A stretch of DNA of 64,000 nucleotides from an uncultured Chlamydiae bacterium (GTDB lineage Bacteria; Chlamydiota; Chlamydiia; Chlamydiales; JAJFMA01). Location of the stretch: the NCBI GenBank assembly GCA_963713615.1, contig CAVQMM010000001.1, positions 3,136,001-3,200,000 of the forward strand, written 5' to 3'. This document shows, in pieces, positions 10,413-20,344 of this stretch. A model generated the notes under the pieces. It saw only the letters and a program-made list of their open reading frames with translations, searched no databases and was not told the origin of the DNA. Made by a program: the position numbers and the translations under genes. Each line of letters begins with the position of its first letter. Positions within the stretch are counted from its first letter, which is position 1.

Positions 10413-10462
10413 TCATTGCATTCAATTCATTTTACGCATAGACTCATAGGTCCAATGCAAAT

Positions 10463-10537
10463 GGCCCCATCGTCTAGCCTGGCCTAGGACACCGGATTTT
10501 CATTCCGATAACACGGGTTCGAATCCCGTTGGGGTCA
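10463..10537 (+). tRNA. tRNA-Glu(TTC)
   Basis: GGCCCCA acceptor stem, TTTTCAT anticodon loop, GGTTCGAATCC. Confidence 0.93.
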
Positions 10538-10548
10538 TCTTCTTTCTA

Positions 10549-10622
10549 GGGTCTTTAGCTCAGTTGGTTAGAGCACCTCACTTTTAATGAGGGAGTCGAT
10601 GGTTCGAGTCCATCAAGACCCA
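10549..10622 (+). tRNA. tRNA-Lys(TTT)
   Basis: GGGTCTT/AAGACCC, CCTCA-CTTTTAA-TGAGG, GGTTCGAGTCC. Confidence 0.95.
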
Positions 10623-10669
10623 ATTCTTTTGGCCTAAACCTATCGTTTGCTGAAAGTACAGGTTGTTTC

Positions 10670-11164
10670 ATGCCGCTTGTTGCCAAAGCCACCAAAGTCA
10701 AAATGATCGTGCTTGACGTTGATGGTGTTCTCACCGATGGAGGGATTATCTATGCCTCTGGTGGCGAAGAGATTAAAGTTTTTAATGTTAAAGACGGCTT
10801 GGGCTTAGTTCAAGCAGTTGACTCAGGCTTAGTGACTGTGATCATCACAGGCAGAGAAAGCCCAGCGGTGGCACGTCGTGCTCAGGAGCTAAAAATCACG
10901 CACCTCTTTCAAGGTGTAAGCGATAAGCTTGCGATCTTACAAAAGCTCTGCCAGGAACTGTCCATTTCGCTTGATGAAGTCGCCTATATTGGCGATGATA
11001 TTCCTGACCTTTCAGTTCTTCAAAATGTAGGCTTGGCTTGTTGCCCTAACGATGCCGTACCTGAAGTTTTAGCTGTCTGCCATTTCGTGACACGCCGTGA
11101 TGGTGGGCGCGGTGCTGTGCGCGAGATCACCGATTTCATCCTAGGCGTTCGTAGCACTCCTTAA
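10670..11164 (+). CDS. kdsC: KDO 8-phosphate phosphatase (HAD family)
   Basis: DVDGVLTDG, FNVKDG, IGDD, GGRGAVRE. Confidence 0.85.
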   Translation: MPLVAKATKVKMIVLDVDGVLTDGGIIYASGGEEIKVFNVKDGLGLVQAVDSGLVTVIITGRESPAVARRAQELKITHLFQGVSDKLAILQKLCQELSISLDEVAYIGDDIPDLSVLQNVGLACCPNDAVPEVLAVCHFVTRRDGGRGAVREITDFILGVRSTP

Positions 11165-11316
11165 GCCATAAGTGCAACGATTCGTCTTAAGTTCTAAAAT
11201 TATCTATAGTGCAATCGCCCTGGTTATACGAACCGTCTCCTTTACAATTTTCAAAGAATATCCTATAGTCCGATCAAGAGCTGAGCCAGTGTCACTTACG
11301 GCGTTAAGGACTAGAG

Positions 11317-11859
11317 ATGCCAACAAACGAAGAACAACCAGAGAAATCAGCCGAACGTCCCTTTGAGTGCAGTGAATGCAAAAAGCCAACCGCTGTGCTT
11401 TATACAGTGATTGAGCAAGGCACCGTCTCTAACACGGTCATGTGCAGTTCATGTCCACAGCTTGAGTGTCGATTGCATGGGACTGCTTCTCTGGCGCAGG
11501 GTACTGGCCAGACGGCTTCAGGGCAATCGGGAGCAGTATGTCCAGAATGCGGAACCTCATTGGCAAATGTTTTGTCGGGAATGCCGTTAGGATGCAGTCA
11601 ATGTTATGAAACCTTTGCGGATCAGCTGATCAATGAGTTGACAGTTTCTAATAAGCTACTGCCAAAAGAGCGTCAGAAAGGTGATCCATTACATGTAGGT
11701 CGCAACCCTGGAGAGGCTGCTGGGATTAGCCCAGCCTTGAAACTTCACGCCTTAAATCAGGCGTTGGCGGATACCTTGCAGCGTGAAGATTACGAGCAAG
11801 CCGCCTGGCTTCGAGACCAGATTAAGCAACTGACGGAGAAGTCCAATGAAGGACAATAG
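11317..11859 (+). CDS. mcsA: McsA-like activator (four CxxC motifs, C-terminal UVR domain)
   Basis: CSEC, CSSC, CPEC, CSQC; EDYEQAAWLRDQI; overlaps mcsB. Confidence 0.85.
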   Translation: MPTNEEQPEKSAERPFECSECKKPTAVLYTVIEQGTVSNTVMCSSCPQLECRLHGTASLAQGTGQTASGQSGAVCPECGTSLANVLSGMPLGCSQCYETFADQLINELTVSNKLLPKERQKGDPLHVGRNPGEAAGISPALKLHALNQALADTLQREDYEQAAWLRDQIKQLTEKSNEGQ

Positions 11860-12913
11860 TAAAGTTGCGGCACTTCTTGCAGAGATTAACCCTTGGTGCA
11901 AGCACGAAAATGCCATTTGGCTCTGTTCCACCCTTACGCTATTACGTAATCTGCAGAAATTCCACTTTCCCAGTCGCTTGGATGTTGAGAACCGCAAGCA
12001 AATCTTAGGACTCATAGGTAAGGAATTGGGGTCTTACGTAGGCTTAAAAGGTCCGAAGGTCTTCGATGCCGAAGAATGCTCGTCTAGCGACAAAGAGCTG
12101 CTCTTTGAACATTTCTTCGCCACTCACCCATTTGTTCCTTCGCAAGGTGGTGAAGCCTTTGTATTGGATCAGAGCGGAAATTTTCTAGGTTTGATTAACA
12201 TCGAGGATCATTTAGAGCTGACCAAGCGCGATTGCAAAGAGGAGTTAGAGAAGCCCTTTGAGGAGCTTTTCAAGATTGAATCTGATCTAGGTGCTGTTCT
12301 TAACTATGCTTTCTCGCCGACCTTTGGTTTTTTAACGACCAATCCAGCCCATTGTGGGACTGGCTTGATCATTCGCCTATTCCTGCAAATACCGGCTATT
12401 ATTCATTTAGGCCTTCTTCAGCAGGTGATCAGCAAGAATAAGAGCGAAATTGTTGAAACCTCCAGCCTCACCGGAAATAAAGCTGAGCTTGTCGGAGATG
12501 TTCTTGTAGTGGCTAATGCCTTTACCTTAGGAGTCACAGAAGAGCAGATATTGAGCGCCATGCGAACGTTCACGACTCATCTGGTAGGCGAAGAGAAGGA
12601 GCTACGAGAGCGCATTGGTCATGAAAAAACTCCCGTGATCAAAGACAAAGTGGGAAGGGCTTTTGGCCTGCTGAAATATAGCCATCAGCTTGAAACCGCT
12701 GAATCGCTCAATGCTTTAAGCCTTCTAAAGCTTGGCTTAGATATCAACTGGATTAAGGGGACGACACATTCCAAGCTTAACGAACTCTTTTATACCTGCA
12801 GAAGAGCACATCTGATGGCTTTGGCAGGAGCAGAAATTCCACAGGAAGACCTCGCCCATAGGCGAGCGATGCACCTACGCGAGACCCTTCATGACATCCA
12901 ACTAGAGCTATGA
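11846..12913 (+). CDS. mcsB: McsB-like ATP:guanido phosphotransferase (protein arginine kinase family)
   Basis: LLRNL, EDHL, FGFLTTNP..CGTG, TLGVTEE, RRAHL. Confidence 0.85.
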   Translation: MKDNSKVAALLAEINPWCKHENAIWLCSTLTLLRNLQKFHFPSRLDVENRKQILGLIGKELGSYVGLKGPKVFDAEECSSSDKELLFEHFFATHPFVPSQGGEAFVLDQSGNFLGLINIEDHLELTKRDCKEELEKPFEELFKIESDLGAVLNYAFSPTFGFLTTNPAHCGTGLIIRLFLQIPAIIHLGLLQQVISKNKSEIVETSSLTGNKAELVGDVLVVANAFTLGVTEEQILSAMRTFTTHLVGEEKELRERIGHEKTPVIKDKVGRAFGLLKYSHQLETAESLNALSLLKLGLDINWIKGTTHSKLNELFYTCRRAHLMALAGAEIPQEDLAHRRAMHLRETLHDIQLEL

Positions 12914-12917
12914 CCCA

Positions 12918-14024
12918 GTGGGGTATATGACGAAGAAATCAAACAATCACATCGGCGTTGCCCTGAACCCCATGGGGTACCCGCACTACACCGACCACCT
13001 TGCTGCCGTGGCCGTTTGCATGGGTGTTCCCCTGGTTTTTACTGACGTGGATCATTATGAGCAGTGTCTGCGTCTATACCCTGAACTTAATGCGCAGGTG
13101 CACGACTACCAAGGCTTCACCCCCGAATATATCGTAGAGCACTATGATGTGCTGTTCATCTCGGAGATGTGGAACCGTGATCTTTTACAGGTACGCTTTA
13201 AGGCATATGAGGCGCAGTTTGATAAACAACTGAGAATCGTCCACTGTCCTCATGGCTTTTCAGACAAAGGATTCTGGTTCGAGCAGTGTCTAGAGCAGGA
13301 TATCACTCTGGTATATGGACAAAATATGCTGGATCTCATTGCTGCGCGGCGTCCAAAACAGGCGCTTGAACGCTATGTGATGGCGGGGAACCTTCGTTTG
13401 CAGTATTACAAGGAAAATCAGGAATTTTTTGACAAAACGGCTGAAACGGATGTATTCAGCCGATTTGCCAAAAAGCAACCTACGATTCTTTATGCCCCTA
13501 CATGGAGAGATGTCGAGCAGTCGACATCATTCTTTGGTGCTGCAGAGACATTGCTTTCGCAGCTTCCCGATGAGTATAATCTATTGGTAAAGCTGCATCC
13601 CAATCTTGAACACGATCATGATCACATGATTCATGTGTACGAGATCATTAGCAAATACGAGAGCAAGCCCAATGTGGTGATGCTCAGCGAGTATCCGTTG
13701 ATCTATCCCTTAGTCGCAGCATGCGACCTCTATATTGGCGATCGTTCTGCGGTGGGCTATGACTTCCTAGCCTTTAACCGGCCCATGTTCTTTCTAAATC
13801 AAGCAGGCCGTCACCAGCATAAAGACCGCGAGTATCTTCATCGCTGCGGGGTGGTGATCACACCAAAGCAGTATTCTAAAATCTACGATATCATTGAAAA
13901 GAGCTTAGAGACCGATGCTGAGCACTTTGACGAGGTGCGACGTTCGACTTATGACTACACCTTCACTAAGGACCGCTCACTTGCCGATGTCCGCAAGGAC
14001 ATTGTTAAGGCATATTCTGAGTAG
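12918..14024 (+). CDS. CDP-glycerol glycerophosphotransferase (TagF-like) family protein
   Basis: HG.SDK, ILYAPTWR, VKLHP, D.S.VGYDFL..NRP motifs. Confidence 0.75.
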   Translation: MGYMTKKSNNHIGVALNPMGYPHYTDHLAAVAVCMGVPLVFTDVDHYEQCLRLYPELNAQVHDYQGFTPEYIVEHYDVLFISEMWNRDLLQVRFKAYEAQFDKQLRIVHCPHGFSDKGFWFEQCLEQDITLVYGQNMLDLIAARRPKQALERYVMAGNLRLQYYKENQEFFDKTAETDVFSRFAKKQPTILYAPTWRDVEQSTSFFGAAETLLSQLPDEYNLLVKLHPNLEHDHDHMIHVYEIISKYESKPNVVMLSEYPLIYPLVAACDLYIGDRSAVGYDFLAFNRPMFFLNQAGRHQHKDREYLHRCGVVITPKQYSKIYDIIEKSLETDAEHFDEVRRSTYDYTFTKDRSLADVRKDIVKAYSE

Positions 14025-14219
14025 TTACGAATCTAGCCCCTCAAAGGGTTGGCAGCTGCTGCTAAAAATTTGAGGCTTTCTCGCTGTTCGCTCTTTCGAG
14101 AGAATTTTTGTCTTTAAGAATTGGGTTTACCCCAAAAATCATTGAATGAGGCCTCTTTGATAGGCTTTTGAGATGTTCAAAAATTGGTTATCAAAAAATC
14201 ACCCCAAAGTGCTCGCTAG

Positions 14220-14359
14220 AGTATTCCTGAGACATTTTAATTAAAAAAAATGAGCAGATTCCGTATAGTGTAATCTCTAACAACAACACTAGTGGAGGAT
14301 TTGAAAAAGATAGAGGCACATTGAAGTATCTTTGCCCGGCTCTGCAACATGGCTTCGAG
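14220..14359 (+). mobile_element. Short transposase remnant truncated by a MITE
   Basis: Encodes GGFEKDRGTLKYLCPA, resembling a DDE transposase segment; ends at the MITE boundary. Confidence 0.4.
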
Positions 14360-14519
14360 GGCCTTATTCACCTTTGCGGTCAGTTTTCGGTCGACTGCAA
14401 AAGGATCGTCTGTCGCGTTTTGCTCCTCGGACATAGCTGGCGCTATGCCCTCGTCACAAACCACGACATCCGACCTTTTTCGTCCGACCGAAATTCTGAC
14501 CGTAAAGGTGAACAAGGCC
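14360..14519. mobile_element. 160-bp MITE, copy 1
   Basis: Terminal inverted repeats GGCCTTATTCACCTTT/AAAGGTGAACAAGGCC; reverse complement of 22190-22349. Confidence 0.9.
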
Positions 14520-14626
14520 TAGATTTGTTAAGGTTTTTAGGAGCGATTATGGACGATCATATATTACCATATCTTTATTTCAATATGCCAACCGAATAAA
14601 CCAGTGCGTTAGGACTTAATAGATTA

Positions 14627-14655
14627 TTGACTTGATGTTCTTATTCTGTTATGAT
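14627..14655 (+). promoter_or_regulatory. Sigma66/sigma70-type promoter
   Basis: TTGACT-N17-TATGAT with extended -10 TG, upstream of the 14726 ORF. Confidence 0.6.
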
Positions 14656-14725
14656 GTGGCAGTCACTGGAAAGGTGTGCGAGCATTTTTTAAATATTGCA
14701 AACTTGTTAATTTTAGATAATTATA

Positions 14726-16114
14726 ATGGAAGTAAATAAATTGAATATTAACATAGAAAAACTACTAAATGTCGATAATATGGCGTTTGTTAAAAACGAA
14801 TCCATTGTTTCCGATAGAAGTACAGTTGTGATTGATAATCTTAGATTTGAAAATATAAAAGCGCACGAGAATATAGATAATCTCGATAGATTGAAGAAAA
14901 ACCCTGACTACAGTGGCGTGATGAAATTCACATCTAAAGACATGCGCTTAAGTACAAAGGAAAATATAGAAATCATAAAAGATAAGGATAGAAAATTAGC
15001 CGACCTAAAAAAAACATTTATCGATGGCAACTGGAATGCTCCTCTTTTTGACAAACTGCATTTAGGCTTAGAGCGTGTTTTTGAATTTCCTTTCATCGCA
15101 CTCTATGGACTGAAAAATGGAACAATATCGGAGCAGGAATTTTTTATCGTCGAAATGTATTATGGCATGAGAACTCGATTTGCAAAAAAGGATATTAAAT
15201 TTCACCAACTTTTTAATGGCGATGGTGAAATTAATGAACCAAATAAAAAACTATTGAAAGATTGCCTTTGTGAAAATCTGATCATCGATGGTGAAAACGT
15301 CAGTTTCTCCCATGATGAATTTGATGAATTTATTTCTCAGCTTAAGAAGCAAGGCTTTCTCCATGAGATGTGCTTCTTTTCCACTCCAGACCAGTCTATA
15401 GGAGACGAGAGATCCGTATGGGATGGATTTCGAGGAGTGGACGATGATGGCATGCCAACCCTTTCTATTTTTAATGATAATGATTGGCAGTACACCCCTT
15501 CACTCATCATGTATCAATGTTTCTTGAGAATCCTCTTTCCACATTCTTCGGATGCTACAGTACGAGCGCGCATAGGGACTACCCCGCCTGTCCAGCAGGC
15601 ACAAAGAGCCAAAGGAATCTTTGATGTTCTAACTCCAGTTCCAACCTGTTTTCCGAAAGAGGTTGATGGTGAACCAGCCCCTGGAGTCGATGGAGTTTAT
15701 CATGATCTACTTGGTCATGCCGTGTCTGTCTTCGGAGTTCCTACAAAATGGCGTGAGCACGTGTATGCGCTTGCTGATCGTGTTCATGACTTCGAACGGA
15801 CTTATCAGATAGATGAAACAAACCAGAAGTTGCGACATGCCTTTAGTCATTTTATTTACGATTTGGATAACCTAATTCTCAGCATAATTAATCGTAATAG
15901 AAAATTAACAATTGATGAGTTGCAAATAAAAATAGATAGATTTAAAATTTACCTGGGAGATAGTTGTTACACATCTTTTATCAATGTTTATAACGAAATG
16001 GTATTAGAGAATCCGTCCTTTGAAACTACATATGACAAATTAGCTTATGTTAAGGCTGTGGAGGCACAGTTAAAAGATCTGTTGAACAACTGGGAAATTT
16101 CACCGGACTTTTAA
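14726..16114 (+). CDS. Hypothetical protein, AT-rich, possible secreted effector
   Basis: 462-aa ORF with its own promoter, AT-rich codons, DG..YHDLLGH motif; no family recognised. Confidence 0.7.
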   Translation: MEVNKLNINIEKLLNVDNMAFVKNESIVSDRSTVVIDNLRFENIKAHENIDNLDRLKKNPDYSGVMKFTSKDMRLSTKENIEIIKDKDRKLADLKKTFIDGNWNAPLFDKLHLGLERVFEFPFIALYGLKNGTISEQEFFIVEMYYGMRTRFAKKDIKFHQLFNGDGEINEPNKKLLKDCLCENLIIDGENVSFSHDEFDEFISQLKKQGFLHEMCFFSTPDQSIGDERSVWDGFRGVDDDGMPTLSIFNDNDWQYTPSLIMYQCFLRILFPHSSDATVRARIGTTPPVQQAQRAKGIFDVLTPVPTCFPKEVDGEPAPGVDGVYHDLLGHAVSVFGVPTKWREHVYALADRVHDFERTYQIDETNQKLRHAFSHFIYDLDNLILSIINRNRKLTIDELQIKIDRFKIYLGDSCYTSFINVYNEMVLENPSFETTYDKLAYVKAVEAQLKDLLNNWEISPDF

Positions 16115-16152
16115 ACTATGTATGGGCGGTGCCCAGCCCGGAGGTAGTGACT

Positions 16153-19080
16153 CTATTTCCAGTCGGTGAGGACCCAAGTGACACTGGGGAGGTTCATATA
16201 AGCCTGAACATCAGGGAGGGTTTCTCGTCCCACTGTAACGGCAATATGTTGGAACAGATGGCTTAGCACCAAAGCTTCGGCGCTGGTCGGTTTGGCACGC
16301 GAGACTGCCAATATCCAGTCATACCTGCTAGCCAGGTTTTGGGTCAGCTCTTGGAAGCGTGCGCTCTGCAATAGCTCGTTGCCATAGAGAGAAATGCCCC
16401 CTCCATCGACAGAATCAAATTCGCCTTTAGAGACAATCTTGGGTTCGGGTGCATTGCCTTCCAGATACTGCAACAGGCCAGGCTGATGTGCGCTGTCGGA
16501 TTCGCGGTCAAAAGATAGGTTAAGTCTAAGAACCTTGTAGCCTTCTTTAGCCAAGAGGGTAGCCAACGCGCTACTGTAGTTAACGCCATCACTCACCAAT
16601 AGCAAGAGCAACTTATTCGCCGGCTGGTTCGTCCGAGCTGGGCATAGGCTGGCAGCGATGCGGCGAAGGGTGTCGAGCTGGCTTCTGTTCTCCAAGGGTT
16701 TGAATCGGTATCGGCGCCTATCTAATGGCAGTTTGCCGGCGACATTCTGCCCTGCTTGCGCTAGGTTGATGGCTGATACGGTGATGCCATGTCTCAGCGC
16801 CTTGCAAATGAACCATGTCGTTGCAATCCCAGATCCTAGTATCATGCCTAACAGGCTAAACAGAATCACATGTGGCCGTTTGGGCAGAATGGGACTTACA
16901 GCGAGGTCTAGAGGGGAAGATTGCACGGTCTCTAAATGACCGGAGATGTTCTTGGTTTCGACGAGTTTAGTGATTTCTTCGACAATTGCTTGGCTTACCT
17001 TTGCTTGATGATGGATCATCTGCTCGGCAGCCCACTTGTGAGGCAGGATTGTCATTTGCTGATTGATTTCTTGCACAGCGTCGGAAATAAATCCACGCTC
17101 TTGCTTGAGCTGTTCAATGTGAGCTTTAGTATAGTCCTGCAGGTGCTTCTCCGATACACTGACCTGCTGTTGGATAAGGTCGAGCATGACCTCTTGAGTG
17201 GCTCGTATCTTCTGCTTAAGAAACTCCTCACGAAGAGCCAGAAGCTGATTAGCTTGTTGCAAATGGAAGAGTAGAAAGGTGCGCTGTTGTGCGAGCTCTT
17301 CTTTGATACGCTCCTGCTCTTTGGGACTGCGAATCGTACTATCCTTTAGGCTCATGCTCTGAGAGCTATATCGCTCGATAATGCCACGGCTCACAGGGTC
17401 CTGCAACGTTCCACTCAGCGAGCTGATCTCAAAAGAAGGATCTTTTACCTGTTCGATCACAAAAGCATTTTGGCGCATCTCGGCTTGCGTATTGCTTTGT
17501 TCCTCGGTGAGCTTGACATAGATGTTATTGGCGGTAGGTAAATCTACACCCTGCAACTCAGGCCCTGGATTATGCTGCAACGCTAGACGTTCTTGAATGA
17601 GCTTCTGTTGCACTATCGAGAGACGCAAAAAGCTGTTGAGGTAGGACAAGAAATGGTTTTTAAGCTCTTCCCAAGAGGGCTTGCCCTGCGATGCATATAG
17701 ATGCTGATACCATAGCTGTAGAACGGGTGGCGTGTCAGATGAGAGTGATGATGGTGTTGCAAGACTATGGCCATGCACAATGTGGTCGTGAAGCCTTCTT
17801 GTCTGTTCGATATTTGCTTGGATTTCGTGAAGGTCAGCAATTTGTCGTCCAAACTGTATTTCAAACTGGTCGGGATCTTGAGACGTATTTTTCCTTAGGG
17901 CCAGAACTAAACGGTCCCTGCGCTGCTTCAGCTCATTGATGGACGAGATAGTTGAACGTACCAGTTCAGGTAGCGATGGGGAGGCCCCAAGAGTGTCTAA
18001 ATAGCCCTCACGGTCGCCATCTTTATTTTGAATTCGCTTGAGTTCTAGGTCGATGCTTCTTAGGCGTTGCCTAAAAGCAGCTTTTTGGCCATTAAGAGCC
18101 TCAAGCTCCACCTGTGAATCGAGAATTCCCGAATTTGGCAGCTGCTCGGACAGGTCCGATGCGTAGGTTAAAATTAGGCTTTGCAGGTTATTAGAAGAGT
18201 CTTGTCTACGGCGTTCAAGGTAGTCTACCTGGACCTCAGCGAGGGCTTCATGCTCAGCCTGCAAAAACTGCTGATACTGCTCCATTAAGCCGTTCAATAG
18301 AGTACTTACCAAATAGCGGTCGGGGTGATAGAACGCCAAATTCACCACAAGGTCACCCTTTTCGCCTGGCCACACATCGAGGAGCTTAGCCAATTTATGC
18401 GTAGTAAGATCGACGGGGTTTACCTTCACAGAAAATTGTCGGCCTGTCAGGGGCTGTTGGTCCCCTCTTGCGAGGACTAAGGAAAAAGCGGGAGCTTGAA
18501 GAGCTGATCCTAAACTGCCTGTGAGTGGCAGTTCACCTGTAGCATTTAACATTTCGAAGTTTTCTTCATCGACAAACCGAATATGAAACTTTAGCGGGAC
18601 CTCGCCCGTGTAGGCTATAGCTTGCGTCGTCACCGGTGCCGGAACATCGGGCAATAGAAGCTCTTCGCGGTCGATGAGATAGGCCCACTCTGCCTGCAAG
18701 TTATTGAGGATGCGATCCCCTATGTTAACAGGAGGGGGCAGTTCGTTGATAGCCACCTGAAGTTGGTAACGCTCTACAAGAGGCAGCCAAAGGCGTTTTG
18801 ACTTAAACAAAGGAAGAACTTCCTCTAATCCAGGTGTTCCGCTCGTTGTCAAAAAACTGACGATACCCGATAGGCCAGTAGCAGTACTTCCTTGCATGCC
18901 CTGTTCGCGAAAGGTCGCTTTAGCAACGTAGATGGATGGACGGGTGAGCACCCACGCAATCACCAGTGAGGCAACAACTAGCCCAGCAATCAGTATGCGC
19001 CACTTCATGCGATTTAAGAGTACCAGAATGTCCGCTAACTCGACAGGCTGCTTAGCGCGAGGTACATCATCTGGATGCAT
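16153..19080 (-). CDS. Wzc/GumC-like polysaccharide co-polymerase
   Basis: Wzz-like N-terminal TM, long coiled coil, P..P.. plus second TM, C-terminal degenerate P-loop domain; follows wza. Confidence 0.8.
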   Translation of the reverse strand: MHPDDVPRAKQPVELADILVLLNRMKWRILIAGLVVASLVIAWVLTRPSIYVAKATFREQGMQGSTATGLSGIVSFLTTSGTPGLEEVLPLFKSKRLWLPLVERYQLQVAINELPPPVNIGDRILNNLQAEWAYLIDREELLLPDVPAPVTTQAIAYTGEVPLKFHIRFVDEENFEMLNATGELPLTGSLGSALQAPAFSLVLARGDQQPLTGRQFSVKVNPVDLTTHKLAKLLDVWPGEKGDLVVNLAFYHPDRYLVSTLLNGLMEQYQQFLQAEHEALAEVQVDYLERRRQDSSNNLQSLILTYASDLSEQLPNSGILDSQVELEALNGQKAAFRQRLRSIDLELKRIQNKDGDREGYLDTLGASPSLPELVRSTISSINELKQRRDRLVLALRKNTSQDPDQFEIQFGRQIADLHEIQANIEQTRRLHDHIVHGHSLATPSSLSSDTPPVLQLWYQHLYASQGKPSWEELKNHFLSYLNSFLRLSIVQQKLIQERLALQHNPGPELQGVDLPTANNIYVKLTEEQSNTQAEMRQNAFVIEQVKDPSFEISSLSGTLQDPVSRGIIERYSSQSMSLKDSTIRSPKEQERIKEELAQQRTFLLFHLQQANQLLALREEFLKQKIRATQEVMLDLIQQQVSVSEKHLQDYTKAHIEQLKQERGFISDAVQEINQQMTILPHKWAAEQMIHHQAKVSQAIVEEITKLVETKNISGHLETVQSSPLDLAVSPILPKRPHVILFSLLGMILGSGIATTWFICKALRHGITVSAINLAQAGQNVAGKLPLDRRRYRFKPLENRSQLDTLRRIAASLCPARTNQPANKLLLLLVSDGVNYSSALATLLAKEGYKVLRLNLSFDRESDSAHQPGLLQYLEGNAPEPKIVSKGEFDSVDGGGISLYGNELLQSARFQELTQNLASRYDWILAVSRAKPTSAEALVLSHLFQHIAVTVGRETLPDVQAYMNLPSVTWVLTDWK

Positions 19081-19089
19081 AACTTTGTC

Positions 19090-20157
19090 CTATAGAAGGG
19101 ATGGTAGTAAGTTGTAGCAACCCATACCGCTCTGGAAGCAGCCCATTGAAGGAAGTAACTGGCTGATCCAACGGTTCCACACAGTAATTGGGGTCTCTAC
19201 AACATATACCGTGTCTCCAGGCATAAGCAAGAGACTTTCGTTAGGCAGTTGAGTTATGTGGCACCAGTCTAAGACATAGACCTTAGGACATACGATGCCG
19301 CCCCGAATCACCTGAATGTGTTTGCGATCCCCAGTAAATGGGATGCCGCCAGCCGCCACCAAGGCTTCACGGAGCGATATGTAGCCATAATAGACATTAA
19401 CCGCCTTGGGGTGATTGACCTCTCCCATCACACAGACAGTGGCGTCTCTGGCATCTGCGATGAACAGCTTGTCGCAAGGACGCATGACGATGTTCTGGCT
19501 CATATCGCCTTCATTGACGAGACGATGAAGATCGATCGCTAGGGGCTGTCCACAACGAGAGACATAACTCATGAAGAGATTAGCGCTGGAGGGCAGGCGC
19601 GCTTGGGCTATCACATCAAACAGTCGAATTTTGCCGTTTACAGAGATGAATGGAGTGGATACTAGCCCTGCCAGTTCTACACGGTGCGAAGGTCGTTCCT
19701 TATAGGATAGAAAGACCTCAATCCCTTTGACCTGTTCGTCGTATTTTTCGGAGAGAAAATCGTGAGCTTCTTCTAACGTAAGGCCGGCTACAGTGACCGA
19801 TTGGAGGCCAGGTAAGTCTATTTTACCCCCATAAACGCGGAACCCTACGTCTTTGTTGATCGTCTCCACAGTTTTCATCAAATCGAGGCGGCAAGGATGG
19901 TAGACAGCCACACCGAGGACATCATCCTCATTGATCACATCGATAAATTCATCCATGGCATTGTCAGGGACTTCGGCCAATTCACTGCCTTCCATTTCGA
20001 CAATAGCTAACTTTCCTTGGCGAATTGTGTAGCTGTCGATGACAAATTCATCCACGCCATGCACACAGTAACCGCACTCGTTGACATTGCTACAGCCGGT
20101 AACAAGCAGCGGCATAACAATGCAGAAAAGAAGTTTTAGGACGATGGACGCTCGCAA
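19090..20157 (-). CDS. wza: Wza-like polysaccharide export lipoprotein
   Basis: Lipobox VTGC, poly_export motif GKIDLPGL..V.VAGLTLEE, SLBB repeats (VMGEV..P, LLMPGDTVYV). Confidence 0.85.
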   Translation of the reverse strand: MRASIVLKLLFCIVMPLLVTGCSNVNECGYCVHGVDEFVIDSYTIRQGKLAIVEMEGSELAEVPDNAMDEFIDVINEDDVLGVAVYHPCRLDLMKTVETINKDVGFRVYGGKIDLPGLQSVTVAGLTLEEAHDFLSEKYDEQVKGIEVFLSYKERPSHRVELAGLVSTPFISVNGKIRLFDVIAQARLPSSANLFMSYVSRCGQPLAIDLHRLVNEGDMSQNIVMRPCDKLFIADARDATVCVMGEVNHPKAVNVYYGYISLREALVAAGGIPFTGDRKHIQVIRGGIVCPKVYVLDWCHITQLPNESLLLMPGDTVYVVETPITVWNRWISQLLPSMGCFQSGMGCYNLLPSLL

Positions 20158-20344
20158 AGCGAAGTTCCTCCAGAACTTAGAATGGGGAAGGCGTCTATTT
20201 TTAACGAATTCCGGCTTAAACCGAAAGCCCTTTTTGAGATCGACGGTGAAAACCAGTCAGTTACGGGGCTCTGCTGATTTAATTTGATCATGCTAATAAA
20301 TTGTTCAAATTGATCGATATGTGCTGGCCGTTGTGTTTGACGAC

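Noticed and set aside
14030..14220. Possible further MITE bounded by TCTAGC/GCTAGA
   Set aside because: Only 6 bp of terminal match and no second copy in the window
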